The translations under genes were made by a program, and so were the position numbers. From positions 180,831-244,830 of the forward strand of contig NW_004797444.1 in the NCBI RefSeq assembly GCF_000002075.1: a DNA stretch of 64,000 nucleotides, written 5' to 3'. Position 1 is the stretch's first letter; the number at the start of each line of letters is the position of its first letter. Source of the stretch: Aplysia californica. Its lineage: Eukaryota. The notes beneath the pieces are model-generated. The model saw nothing but the letters and a program-made list of their open reading frames with translations, was not told the DNA's origin and did no database searches. Of this stretch, positions 1 to 11,989 are shown in pieces.

Positions 1-395
1 CCCCCCCCCCCCTTCCTTTCCCATTTTCTTTGCACAGAAAGATCAGCTTTGGAAGCTATATTTGTTTGTCACCTACGCTATCAATTCCTAAAGGTAAACC
101 ACCAAAATCCTGTGGTTGCCACTTCTAGATGGTGTCGTTGTTAAAATGTTAAATACTACCGCTAATAATAATAGATTGCATTTATATTGCGCTTTACATC
201 AATCACATGATCACTGAGCGATTCACACAAGATAAAATATTTCATTGACGCAAAAAAACCCAGTTCAACCACTTAAAAAAAGAACTTTCACAACCATGCA
301 TTAATTATATACTCGTAAGGACTGCAGTAAAAACAAAACACATCAGCACTTACTAACACACTATAACTATGAATTAGACAAATGAGTCTTGAGCA

Positions 396-919
396 GAGGG
401 CTGTTGTGGTCCAGAGGTTAAAGTGTTTTCCTCTCATTCAATAGGTCCCGGGTTCGAATCCTGGCAGTGACGGAAATTTTTTTTCTCTAAAATCCTTTCA
501 CATCCTTTCCTGTTCTCTAACAATGTTCTGTCATCTGCTTTCGTCTTCGATTTCTGCCCCCACCCCCTCACCTCTTTTGCCCCCTATTCTGGGCACCTGA
601 CCACCTGACTCTTTCTGCAGCCTTTCTACTGCTACCCCTTTGCTCCTTTTTGCTGCTGTCTTTCAGATACGCCCCTGATCATATTATGGTAGATAAGATC
701 TACCCCTAGCCTTTTCGGATAAGGGCGAAAAATTTCGGGGATCTCGTGTACAAGTTGCGCATGTTAAAGATCCCTTAGTGGTCCAAAATCGATAAAAGTA
801 GGCTTCGTCCTCCACCCGGGCAAAATTCAAAATTTCCTACCAACTGAAAATGTTTAATGTTTTCCACGCGCTCATATGACCTCATGCAGTTACGAGTGCC
901 ATGAAACTCTTACAAAAAA
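396..919 (+). mobile_element. tRNA-derived SINE (family S1), full length
   Basis: A box TGTGGTCCAGAGG, B box GGTTCGAATCC, central CTTTTCGGAT...TAAAGATCCC segment reminiscent of Deu/Nin cores, tail ...AAACTCTTACAAAA; ~11 bp TSD agtc/attgagca. Confidence 0.88.
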
Positions 920-1701
920 AGTATTGAGCAATCGCTTAACTATCCTGGCTAAAGAGCAGACTACAACCATATGGCTTAAATGAGCACTGAGCACACCAAG
1001 TGTGTGTTGTACCAAGTGGTAGAGCAATGCATAAAAACATATCTAGTGTTATTATAATATATACTTATATATATAAGACTAGCTGGGCCCCCTTTCGATG
1101 AAAGGAATTATCGGTGCTTTAACATCAACTGAATATCATTGGTCTACTATATTTACACTCTGCTGGAATAGAGCAATAATTCTTGAGAGAAAAGTGACAC
1201 ATGTGTTTCCAAGTTGCCAAATATATAATAGATGCTTAGATTGATTCTCTATTCCGCTTTCGTGGTTGTACAGAAGCATGTTGATTGTTCCCAGTAGCAA
1301 GAAACAAAATGTACAAAGGAGTCCTGAAAAAGCGATGATGGGCATCAAACCAAAGGATCACAGTCGAATTTAGCACCAAGTAAAAAAAAAGAAAACATGA
1401 GGCTAGATCTATACTATGGCTGTCCGTCAAGGCTTTTCATTGGGAGATCCGACTTGCTAAAGCCCATGACAACCATGTTCTATCTCCAAGTGAATAAGTG
1501 CCCTGCCACCAATATATCGAGAAAGTGTTAAAATACAATCCAATTCTTTTGAAGGAGATCATGTTATTGTTGGTTTGTTTGACATTGTAACAGTCATAGT
1601 CATTTGGTATATAGTATAGAGAAGCAAGCAAGACAGACAGGAGCAACAATAAAGGGGAAGGACAAGTAGGACCTACCTGTAGTGCTTTCCAACCATCTGA
1701 G

Positions 1702-1965
1702 CTGGTGTTTGTCATGTGGTGTAGCAGTAAGGTGCTTTGCTGTCGCGTGTAAGTTACCCAAGTTTGATTCCCGTGTGGGTCGAACATGCAGGTTACTCAA
1801 GATTGATTCCCGTGTGGGTCGAATTCTCATTTAGTATTTTGGTCTTTCTGCTGGGATGTTGTATTTGTATCTCTCTCAGCTGGGGATCGGCCATGAGAAG
1901 CATGGTCAGAAGCTCGCCTCCTATATGATCTAAATTATGCCGATGCGGGGGTTTAAAAACCTATG
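1702..1965 (+). mobile_element. tRNA-derived SINE (family S2)
   Basis: TGTGGTGTAG A box, GTTTGATTCCC B box (duplicated); similar to 25410-25630. Confidence 0.7.
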
Positions 1966-2086
1966 TTAAAGGAAAAAAAATCCGACGGAAGTTGTTACTG
2001 TCAGAACACTGTTCAATTTTTCTTTATTTTCTGAAGAAGACCTTGTAAAAAGAGTGTTTTTAACAATCTTTTTTTTTCTCACTCAG

Positions 2087-2239
2087 TACTTCAGCGGTAG
2101 TGACGACCTAGACCCGGTGAGACGCCCACCCCTCTGCCCCTCCATGCACACCTCACAGATCAAGTTTGGGGGCCAGGAGGAGCCTCATCACTTCCGCTCT
2201 GATCACATGGCCACCTTCCACAGAAAAGAAATTATCCCC
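2087..2239 (+). CDS. Internal exon of unidentified gene (YFSGSDDLDPVRRPPLCPSMHTSQIKFG...FHRKEIIP)
   Basis: pyrimidine tract + CAG, GTAAGA donor, GC-rich coding-like sequence, phase 0-0. Confidence 0.8.
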
Positions 2240-2252
2240 GTAAGAGTAATTT

Positions 2253-2710
2253 GTGAGGCGTCATGGTGAAATCAGGCTCCCGTCAAAATAACCAATTCGG
2301 AGAAACATGCATTTTTCCGCTGTTTGGCAATTTTTATCGAATTTTTGTTTTTTGGCTACAAGTCCAAGTAAAAACATGACTTTTATGTCCATGTGAAAAC
2401 ACATTCCCATGTGAATTTTTACTGAAAAACGTTGATTAAAGGCACAGAAAAAAAATTCATTTTTCTGTTATCAAGGACTCTTTAGCTATTGGAGTCACCA
2501 AACTTTAGCAGCCATTTTCTCACTAATTTCACCACTGAAACCAGGCGACCTCACCTCCTTCAATGGCAAATGTCTTGACTTCTATTCAAGATTGATGGGT
2601 ATTTTTTTCAATGAAAGCAAGGCAAATGAACATGAATAAGCTTGCAGATGATACCAATAATGCCACATGTCCAAAAATTGATGAGCGCTTGATTCACCAT
2701 GTCATGACAC
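2253..2710. mobile_element. MITE family C (~450 bp; other copies 4402-4824 and ~22536-22954)
   Basis: three colinear copies, imperfect TIR around CATGGTGAA(A)TCA; ATTT flanks on two copies (Sola1-like, inference). Confidence 0.75.
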
Positions 2711-3434
2711 ATTTGCTGTTTACTTGTTTCCCTCTTTGAACAAGGGATTTTGAGCTCATTATTTTCTGACAATTTTTGGTGGGTGAAATTTGTTTCTTGT
2801 CGGTATGACCGGCACATGGCCACCTTCCACAGAAAAGAAATCATCCCCGTGAGACTAATTTCCTGTTTACATGTTTCAGTTTTTTAACAAGGGATTTTGA
2901 GCTCTTTTTCTGACAATTTTTATGGGGTGAAATTTTTACTCGTAGATATGACCCAAGTAATACCCCTAGTATGTAAATAAGAATGGAGTCATATCATACA
3001 CCAAATCAAAATTAATTGCCTACAGAAGCTAAAAAAATGTAGGAATCATGAATGTAGGATTTCTCTTTGTTGAGTTAAAGGTTTGGAAGAAATAATGGAA
3101 GAGGTAACGAGAAATACCGATGAACGCTAACAAGTTTCTTTCGTGGTTGCGGCGCAGGATTTCCTTACTTATGCTGAGCTGTGAGCTTTTTCTGTGTTTA
3201 AGATTTATTCATTTTAGTGTGCTTATTTATTTGTTCTCATGTTTCATTCCTTTGATTGTTTCATTTATTTTTTTATCCAGTATTATTTATTTCATCTGTT
3301 TTATTGATTTACCGCTTTAAAAGAATCAGATTGCATTATATCGCTTTTTAGTGACGTATAATTGATATTGTTTCTTGTAGAGTCACATTGAATATTACTT
3401 TTATAAAAACATACCATCTGGGGGTTTTTTTCAG

Positions 3435-3636
3435 GCCAACCGGCTTCACTTAATGTCACTAGTCAACCGTGTGAATCAAACAGAGGGTGCCAAGGTGAGG
3501 GAGGTTGTCAAGCCGGAAAATGGTCCTCCCAGTTACTGGAGCCAGTACAACCGCATCCACAACAAGCTGGGGGCATTGAGGGGTCCGGGCGTGGCTCGGG
3601 AGTACCCGGTCAGGCAACAGTATGATGTCATCACAG
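3435..3636 (+). CDS. Internal exon of unidentified gene (ANRLHLMS...QQYDVIT)
   Basis: ttttcag acceptor, GTGAGA donor, phase 0 to 1. Confidence 0.82.
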
Positions 3637-3674
3637 GTGAGATATGGTACTAGTGACGGCACTGTCTGTCATTT

Positions 3675-4170
3675 GGGGTTATTTTTGGGAAGTGTTTTAC
3701 TGCGCTTGCAACTGCTTAAGGTCGTATGAGCCCGTGGGACACATTAAATATTTTCAGTTGGTAAGAAATTTCGAATTTTGCCCGGGTGGCGGCCAAAGCC
3801 TACTTTTATCGATTTTGGACCACCAAAGGATCTTCAACGAGTGCAACTTGCACACGTGACCTCCGAGATTTTTCACCCTTGTCTAAGAAGGCTAGGTGTA
3901 GATCTTTCCTACCAGAAGATCAGGGGTGTGGCTGAAACACAGCAGAAAAAAGGATCCGAGGAGTAGCAGTAGAAAGGCTGCAGAAAGAGTCGGGAGCCCA
4001 GAGGAAGGGGCAAAGGAGGTGAGAGGCCAGAAAGTGGAGACAGAACATTGCTAGAGAGCAGGAAAGGAGACCATTTTAGAGAAAAAAATATTTCCGTCAT
4101 TACGCAAATTCGAACCCGGAACTTTTAAATGAGAGGCGAACACCTTAAACTTCTAGACCACGAGAGCCCC
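3675..4170 (-). mobile_element. SINE S1 copy
   Basis: reverse-complement similarity to 396-919. Confidence 0.85.
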
Positions 4171-4843
4171 CTTGTGTGTCTGTGATTGAACAAATACAGT
4201 GAAGTCCGCTTAAAGTGAAAACTGGGAAACTGCCTGCTGAATTCTCTTTGATTAAGCCGCATTTTCAGTACTATTTTTATGCACAAGGGCAGCGTGGGGA
4301 TGCCAGTCAAGTGTAATAATCTTTCTTTACTTCTTGGCACAATGTTGCTGAGCGTTGTCGACACTCCTTAAACCACGACTCATCTCCACATCCTGTCATT
4401 TGAGGCATCGTTCGTAGTGAAATTAGGCTCTTGTCAAATGATAAAACTGCTGAAACCAGCATTTTTCTGCCCGTTTGGCGATTTTTATCGCATTTTTGTT
4501 TTTTGACTCAACACCTTTTAGGTCCATTTTCTGTGTCTTTTTTTAAACTGAAAAAGTGTTGATTTTATAACAAAGAATATAAATTTTCAGTTTCCATGGA
4601 CAGTTAAACTTTGGAAGTCACAGAACTTTGGCGTCCATTTTCTTGCTAATTTTATCTCTGAAACCTGGCGACCGTAGCCTCCTTCATATCTCAACTTCTA
4701 TTCAAGATAGATGGGGATTTTTTTGTTGTTGAAAGCTAGACAAATTATTAAGCTTTCAGATGAAACCAATAACTCCACATGCCCCTAAAATTGGCGAGCA
4801 GCTGATTCCACAGTGTCATGACACATTTGTCTTTTTGTTTCAG

Positions 4844-4950
4844 GTGAAGAACGAGGTCCAGCATGGAAAGCGGAGAACACCAGAGTGTCTGGGAACAGAG
4901 TACTTCACGGCAACAGGAGGCAACTGGACCACAAGCCTTTGCTCTTCTAG
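4844..4950 (+). CDS. Last coding exon of unidentified gene (GEERGPAWKAENTRVSGNRVLH...PLLF*)
   Basis: gtttcag acceptor, phase 1 fits, TAG at 4948-4950. Confidence 0.78.
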
Positions 4951-5540
4951 CTCAGTACAATAAGTTATTGAAAAACATGCCTTGGACTGACTGATAATAG
5001 TGGTGGACGTGTGTGTTTGTGTGATTTGTTGTCAGTCTGGCTTTGATGCCAGTGCCAATTGATCACGACACAATTGTACTCTAATCCAAAGCCACTTTTG
5101 CATCCGAGTTTTGAGTCCTTCCGTCCCAAGTTCTTACCTTTTGTATCCCTGATATTACTGTCGACTATAGTTTGCAGCAATTGCATTTTCCATAACTTCC
5201 ATCTTCTGTCAAAAGTCATACAAAATAGTGTGTGCTAATGATTGAATTTTACAAAGCTGTTCTTTTCTTTCGAGGAGAAGAAATAGATGAAGTTTGCTTT
5301 TATAAGCACAAACCCAGATTTGTTTGAAAAAATTTGCCTTATTGAGTCATAAGTAATGAACACTTTGTGTTGCCACAAAATAGTTGTTGATAACTAAAGG
5401 AATATGGGACCTCAGCTTCTTCCAAATGGGTAACTGCTGACATGGAGCAGTAGTGATGAGAGAGTAATTACCCTCAAAAGCTTAAAGAAACTCAATTTCC
5501 TTTTATGTCATACTATTCTCAATTTAAGCTAGAGTCTATA

Positions 5541-5682
5541 CTTCTTCTTTCCTATCAAACATCTATCGTCCTTATCTCCCCTCTTTCTATTTTGTGTTTG
5601 TTACTCTCTTGTAACACCTCTAATCTTCGGCACTTATATGACCTTATTGTGTTGCAAGTTCCGTAAAATTTTTACTAAAAAT
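5541..5682 (+). mobile_element. Family A copy, 5'-truncated, + orientation
   Basis: reverse complement of the other copies. Confidence 0.85.
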
Positions 5683-6901
5683 TTTTTAAAAAGTCTATAC
5701 ATGAGTACTTTTGTTTGATCTATTTCTATTACTTGCTGAAAATCGTGTAAATACTCATTAACACCACCTGCATATGTTTTTCCATGTATGTCTGCACTGT
5801 GACTAGGCCTTCTTCTGTACACACTTCTCAATGACTCAGGAAGCTATAATGAACCCCTTCCTCAGGGGTGCTAAATTCTATCGCAGAGGGAGCCAAACTG
5901 TAATTGCACTTATGGTTGTGGTCTGAACTGGATCAACAAGTCTCATTGAGCAGTGGGAAAACTACACCTTTTAAAAAAAAATGATATTATGTGTAAAAAC
6001 AGACAAAATTTAAAATGATAAGAAATCGAGGCATAATTTTTTATTGCTCTTATGCTAACTCTTCAGAGCTAATGTTTGCTTGGCATCTTTTCTGGGAACA
6101 AATTTTGTTTTTGTTTGGAGTAAGGTTCTGTGTTATGAAGATTCCCTGGATTGACTACCTAAAATTCTCTTGCTGGCGGGATATAATTGTTCACCAGGCT
6201 GGATGTGGCTCACAGGCCTTGAGTTTGAGACCTGTGCTCTACTTTCTGTCTTCGAATGGTCGCTTTTAAGCACAAAGAAAAATGTGGTTTTGAGAAAATC
6301 GAAAGTAAAGTATTTGGATCCTTATTCGGTTTCTTTAAAAGACAAGGAGACTTCTCTATAACCAAACACAGATACACACCAATGAAACCAAACTTCTCCT
6401 ATAGGTAGGGCAATGCCCACATTTGATGTAGGCGTAGGTCAAGATTTCTGGAAACCCCCAAAAGCTGGGTTAGCCCGCTTGTCCTTAAAAACGACCAAAT
6501 GTCCCCTCCGATAAGTGTAGCTGGGAAGTGGGGATTGAACCACTTATGAATCCTACTTGAGGCGGTTACAGATTCTGGTCTGATGTAAAATGCAAGAGAA
6601 GTGTTAATGTTACAAATGGTTAGGCACTGAAGTATTAATGTTAAGAATCATTTTACTGTTACCGTACTGCACAGACTTTTGTTTCACAGATGGAGGCGTA
6701 ATGTTTTTGGAAACATTTGTTTGCTTTCAGATATTTTATGTGATATAATATACACCAGTATTTCATTTTCTTGTATTGTATTTTGCTTCCCTTACAGAGC
6801 ATCTATTTAGGTACCATACTAACTATTGACATGTTTGTCATATTTTTCTGTGTGTGAAAGTTTGATTCTAAAACTGTTTGACTGTTGTTGTTGGGTTGGG
6901 G

Positions 6902-7627
6902 NNNNNNNNNNNNNNNNNNNNNNNNNNNNNNNNNNNNNNNNNNNNNNNNNNNNNNNNNNNNNNNNNNNNNNNNNNNNNNNNNNNNNNNNNNNNNNNNNNN
7001 NNNNNNNNNNNNNNNNNNNNNNNNNNNNNNNNNNNNNNNNNNNNNNNNNNNNNNNNNNNNNNNNNNNNNNNNNNNNNNNNNNNNNNNNNNNNNNNNNNNN
7101 NNNNNNNNNNNNNNNNNNNNNNNNNNNNNNNNNNNNNNNNNNNNNNNNNNNNNNNNNNNNNNNNNNNNNNNNNNNNNNNNNNNNNNNNNNNNNNNNNNNN
7201 NNNNNNNNNNNNNNNNNNNNNNNNNNNNNNNNNNNNNNNNNNNNNNNNNNNNNNNNNNNNNNNNNNNNNNNNNNNNNNNNNNNNNNNNNNNNNNNNNNNN
7301 NNNNNNNNNNNNNNNNNNNNNNNNNNNNNNNNNNNNNNNNNNNNNNNNNNNNNNNNNNNNNNNNNNNNNNNNNNNNNNNNNNNNNNNNNNNNNNNNNNNN
7401 NNNNNNNNNNNNNNNNNNNNNNNNNNNNNNNNNNNNNNNNNNNNNNNNNNNNNNNNNNNNNNNNNNNNNNNNNNNNNNNNNNNNNNNNNNNNNNNNNNNN
7501 NNNNNNNNNNNNNNNNNNNNNNNNNNNNNNNNNNNNNNNNNNNNNNNNNNNNNNNNNNNNNNNNNNNNNNNNNNNNNNNNNNNNNNNNNNNNNNNNNNNN
7601 NNNNNNNNNNNNNNNNNNNNNNNNNNN
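6902..7627. other. Assembly gap
   Basis: run of N. Confidence 1.
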
Positions 7628-9469
7628 TATATATATATATTCGCATATTTTGCTTCTTCCAATGTCAAAAGTAGTAAGAGAGTAATGTTACTGTGTGCAT
7701 GAGTGTTTAAACATTGTATAGTATATATATGTTACTGAGTATGGAATCTCAGGTGTTCACGACAGTATTACTAACAGTGTATTGCTAACATTGTTTGAAT
7801 CTGGAGATAACAAATTGGAGAAAGATTTTAGTGAAGAAATATTACTTACCAGTATCTTCGCCAATACAGTATTTCTGTATGCTTTTTACTTTGCCTTTAT
7901 CACCTCTGAATATTTGATGGATCCCCCCACTTGCCTTTAAATACAAAATATAACTCCTCAAATAGAAAAAGAGACATATGATTTTTAAGATATTTTCTTT
8001 TCTTTTTGTCTCTGAAACTTTTCATATTGCAGTGGAGATTGCTTAAAGTGACAAAAGGTTAATCCAAAAGGTAGAGATTATCATAAATAGAACAGAGTCC
8101 TCAATATTTTCCTGTTTTGTCTACATGAGAATTTAAAAACTACAGATTAACCAAAATGCTTCTATTTCTAAACCAAAATAGAATTTCAAGAGTCATGTTG
8201 TTATTTCTTCACAAGCGCAAATCATCAAATGTTGCTCGCTTCGTAATAGCGAAAAAGAAGAAAGAGACGCAAGAACACACATGTGTGTCGATTGTGGCCA
8301 GAGAGAAACATCAACAGAGTACTTTTTGCCTTCATCTATCACACACGTACAAAAACAGGCCTACACACTGTGTATTGTGACATTAAGATAGCGTATGTAA
8401 GTCAGATGTACAATCTCTGATGGGTCATGACCTATTGTGTCTATGAAGCTAGATAACACACACATTATGTGCATGTGTTTCATGACATCACTGGCATTGG
8501 GCCTTTTCACCTCTCCAGTGCAGAGCATAGGACAGTGCAGAATGCTGATCAACTCATGTGTCCTGTGTGACTGATCGGCAGATTAAGCAAGCTGACAATG
8601 TCAAAGAAAAATCACTGCGTAAATCCTGCAGCTTAAATTGCAGACACTGAAAGAGGTAGATTAAAAAACGCTTTCTGAAAGTGAAATTTGCCACAAGCAT
8701 GGCATACCTGACTCTAGGCTGTTGAGTTATTGCTGCGAAAGGAAAACGCTCAAACTAAAATGACAAAGAGCTGTGAGTTTTTCCAGCCCGTCTAGAAGAA
8801 AATGAAGAAAAGGAACCATGTTGGAGCAATCTTTCTAAACCGCAAATACAACTGAACCAAACAAAATATGGCTGTCCCGCAGCTTTCTTTTAAGCGATCT
8901 CTACTGTACTTCCTGTCACATGTCAAAGGTAAACATATTTTAAGTTTTTAAAAATAATAATATTTATGTACATATTTGTTAAGAGCAATGTCCAACAAAT
9001 GAAATTAATTTAAGATGTATGATAACACTGTTCAGCAGACCACTTACAAAAGGATCAGTAGAGCTTAAAAAGATGCAAGCTGAGGTTCACTCATATCTTA
9101 TGCTTTTTTACTTTTTGTTTCAACACTTTATGGCGTTTGTTGAAAGTAAGGAAAAAGAATTAAATCTGCACCCTCTATCCTAATTTTTGTCTCTCTGAGA
9201 GTGGGATTATCACTCTGAAAAGATTTCTAGATGTGAAAGCACAAGTGTTATTTTGAAACCACATTGTATTAAACTAACTATTGACCATGACCTTTCAAAC
9301 TTTGGGTTTAAAAAAAATTTATTTATCGCAGTTTGTTAATTTGAAATATACAGGGTGGCTCCATGATGCTGGAATCAGGCTCTGTATGTTACATTGTAAC
9401 AGAAGCTATTTGTGTGTGTATAATATGTGTGTATGGCTTTAAGTTTGATAAAAATGAATAACATTTGCG

Positions 9470-9788
9470 CAGCGCAAGTTCTCGCTCAGCAGCAATCTCT
9501 ATGCGCTTTACAATCTATATTATTACCCCAGCAGACCTGATAGCATTCTGAAACAATTGTAACTTCCTGGGTGCAAGCTGTCATTTTATAAGCGCTAAAA
9601 CAGTAACATACTGACAAGATCTTTCGCTGTCTATGGCCAGGTACCTATTCACACCAGGTTGAAGTGAGGAAAATATGTGTAAAGCCGGTAAAGTGCCTTT
9701 TCCAAGGACAACATCAGGTCTGAGGCTCGAACCCTAGAAACCCACAACATCATGATTACGAGTTTGGTAGCCTAACCATTAGACCAAT
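9470..9788 (-). mobile_element. CORE/MIR-like SINE
   Basis: tRNA-like head (TGGTCTAATGG...GGTTCGAGCC), CCTTGGAAAAGGCACTT core-like block, TGTAAAGCGC tail. Confidence 0.6.
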
Positions 9789-9792
9789 GACA

Positions 9793-10656
9793 CAGTGGAA
9801 CTTGGATTCAATAAAAACTCGGATTCAACAAAAGAAGATGGATACCCCGTTTTTAAAATTCATTAAAATCAACAAAAATAGCTCGGATTCAATGAACACA
9901 TAAATGAGTGAACTCGGGTTCAACAAAGTCGCTTGCTGGGCGAACAGCTCCCACTGATGTGGTTTTGGCCATGTTTCTCCCACAACGAATCTTATTTACT
10001 CTATTCGAAGAGACAGTTGATTGCACCATGGAACATTACACCTTGGGGGGTTTTTTGTAAGTGTTATACGGCGCTCGCAACTGCATAAGGTCATTATGAG
10101 TGCGCAGGACACATTAATCAATTTTTAGTTAGGTAGGAATTAATTTTGAATTTAGCTGAACCCTACTCTTAGCGATTTTGGACCACTAAGGGATCTTCAA
10201 AGCCCGCAATTTGCTCTCGGGACCTCCGAGATTTTTCGTCCTTCCCTACCATAAGATCAGGGGTGTGGCTGAAAGACAGAAGTAAAATACTAAAAAGGAT
10301 CCAAGCAGTCATGGAGTAGCAGTAGAAAGTCAGCAGAAAGAGTGAGGAGCCCTGATGAGGTGGGGGGGGGGGGCACAGAAAGTGGAGACGAAAGCAGATG
10401 ACAGAATGATATGGTTAGAGCAGGAAAGGAGAAAATTGGGAGAAGAAAAAATTTGTCGCCCTCAGGTTTTGAACTCGGGACCTAATGAAGGAGTGGCGAA
10501 CACTAACTTCTAGACCACGAGAGCCCCCCCCCCTACATTGTGATGCAGTTTCTGGCCCAGATTAATATTATATATATATATTGCTTTTAATGAACATTCG
10601 GATTCAACTAAATCAAAGGTCAGGCCTAACAACTTCATTATGTCCGAGTTTCCCTG
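9793..10656. mobile_element. Tigger-like MITE (degenerate) hosting a SINE
   Basis: imperfect TIR CAGTGGAACTTGGA / TCCGAGTTTCCCTG; repeated CTCGGATTCAA motifs. Confidence 0.6.
10051..10526 (-). mobile_element. SINE S1 copy nested in a MITE
   Basis: reverse-complement similarity to 396-919. Confidence 0.85.
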
Positions 10657-11419
10657 TACCATATATTTATGTTTCAAGCATAAAGACCGGGTTCGAATCT
10701 TTCAAACATTTTTCTCAACTTTCTGGTTTACACACAATTTGGAAACTGGCATCTACGATGCAAGAGCGAGGCTCATTCGTCTTGCCTGAAAGAAGATGTA
10801 AGCTCAGCTCATGAGAGGAGAATATCTTCATCAAAGCTGGGAGGGATGTATCCTTCTCAACCCAGGTTGACCCTGACATGCAGAGTTGAAGAACTAGCTT
10901 TCTAAATTGTTTTCCTGATGGCACATAATGTACAGTCAAATGAATTTGGATTACTATAGGCAGTCCCATTAAAGAAATAAAATGACTTTTGAAAAAAAAA
11001 CATCTTTTAAAATAATGTAAGAGTTTTAATAACGCTCTCTCCCTCCCCTCCCCCCTCAAAAAACAAACCCAAAACAAACAAACAACAAATAAATAAAAAT
11101 AAATTGACAATTTTAGATCATTAAGGGCCAACCTGGGCTGAAAAGAATACAACATCACAGCAGAAAGACGGAGACGCTTGCTAAAAATTTCCTTAAATGG
11201 GAATCGAATTCCGGTTTCCTGCCTGCTTGGACGAAGTGCCTCAGCTGACTCAGCCTTACACCACAGACACCAACCACTTACTGGAGACTAACTCTAGCTT
11301 TACCATGGGAGGTCGGAAGATGTAACTCGGAAATGTCCCCCTCGAGCTGTTATACAAAGATCCAGCATTTCACTCTTTTCTTCCTTTTTAAAAAAAATTC
11401 AAGTTACTTTAGTCTATGT

Positions 11420-11607
11420 TTGGTTAGTTTTAGTAGAGGTTTTACGGCGCTCGCAACTGCATATAAGGCAAGGTCATATGAGCGCCAGAAAATTAGACGT
11501 GTTACAAGAGAGTAACAAACATAAAAAAGAAGAAGGGGAGATAAGGATGATAGATGTTCGATAGGAAAGAAGGAGCAACCCACATCAGAGCACCCGTCAA
11601 CCACACA
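11420..11607 (-). mobile_element. Family A copy (S1-type tail variant)
   Basis: full-length similarity. Confidence 0.85.
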
Positions 11608-11723
11608 CAGGCTATGTTTGGCATTTTCCCACAGCAACAGACTCGACAACACTCCTGCATCAACATGGCTCTTTTGAAAAAACAATCATGTTTTTTCCAA
11701 CGGTCCAGTCTATATGTACAAAT

Positions 11724-11902
11724 CCGTCCCCGTGGTTTTATGCATCACGCAAAATTTAGCAAAATTTGATCATTTTTTGCATAATTTCTGATTATTTTCC
11801 TCTATCATTCTATGTTAAAATTAATAGAATCGCATAATTTCACATTTTTGGGCTCAGTTTGTGTAATTTCTGAATTTTTCTTGCATAAAACGACAGGGAC
11901 AG
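11724..11902. mobile_element. Small MITE with 6 bp TSD
   Basis: ~21 bp imperfect TIR CCGTCCCCGTGGTTTTATGCA, TSD ACAAAT. Confidence 0.75.
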
Positions 11903-11989
11903 ACAAATAAATAAGCAGCTCCAGAGAACCAACCTATGCATACCATTGGCAAAATTTCTGAGAAAAAAACAAAACAAACTAGGACCAGT

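Noticed and set aside
400-475. tRNA gene-like A/B boxes
   Set aside because: No acceptor stem; it is the head of multicopy SINE S1, with a tail and TSD.
6819-7702. Long ORFs of 266-282 aa
   Set aside because: Artefacts of reading through the N gap.
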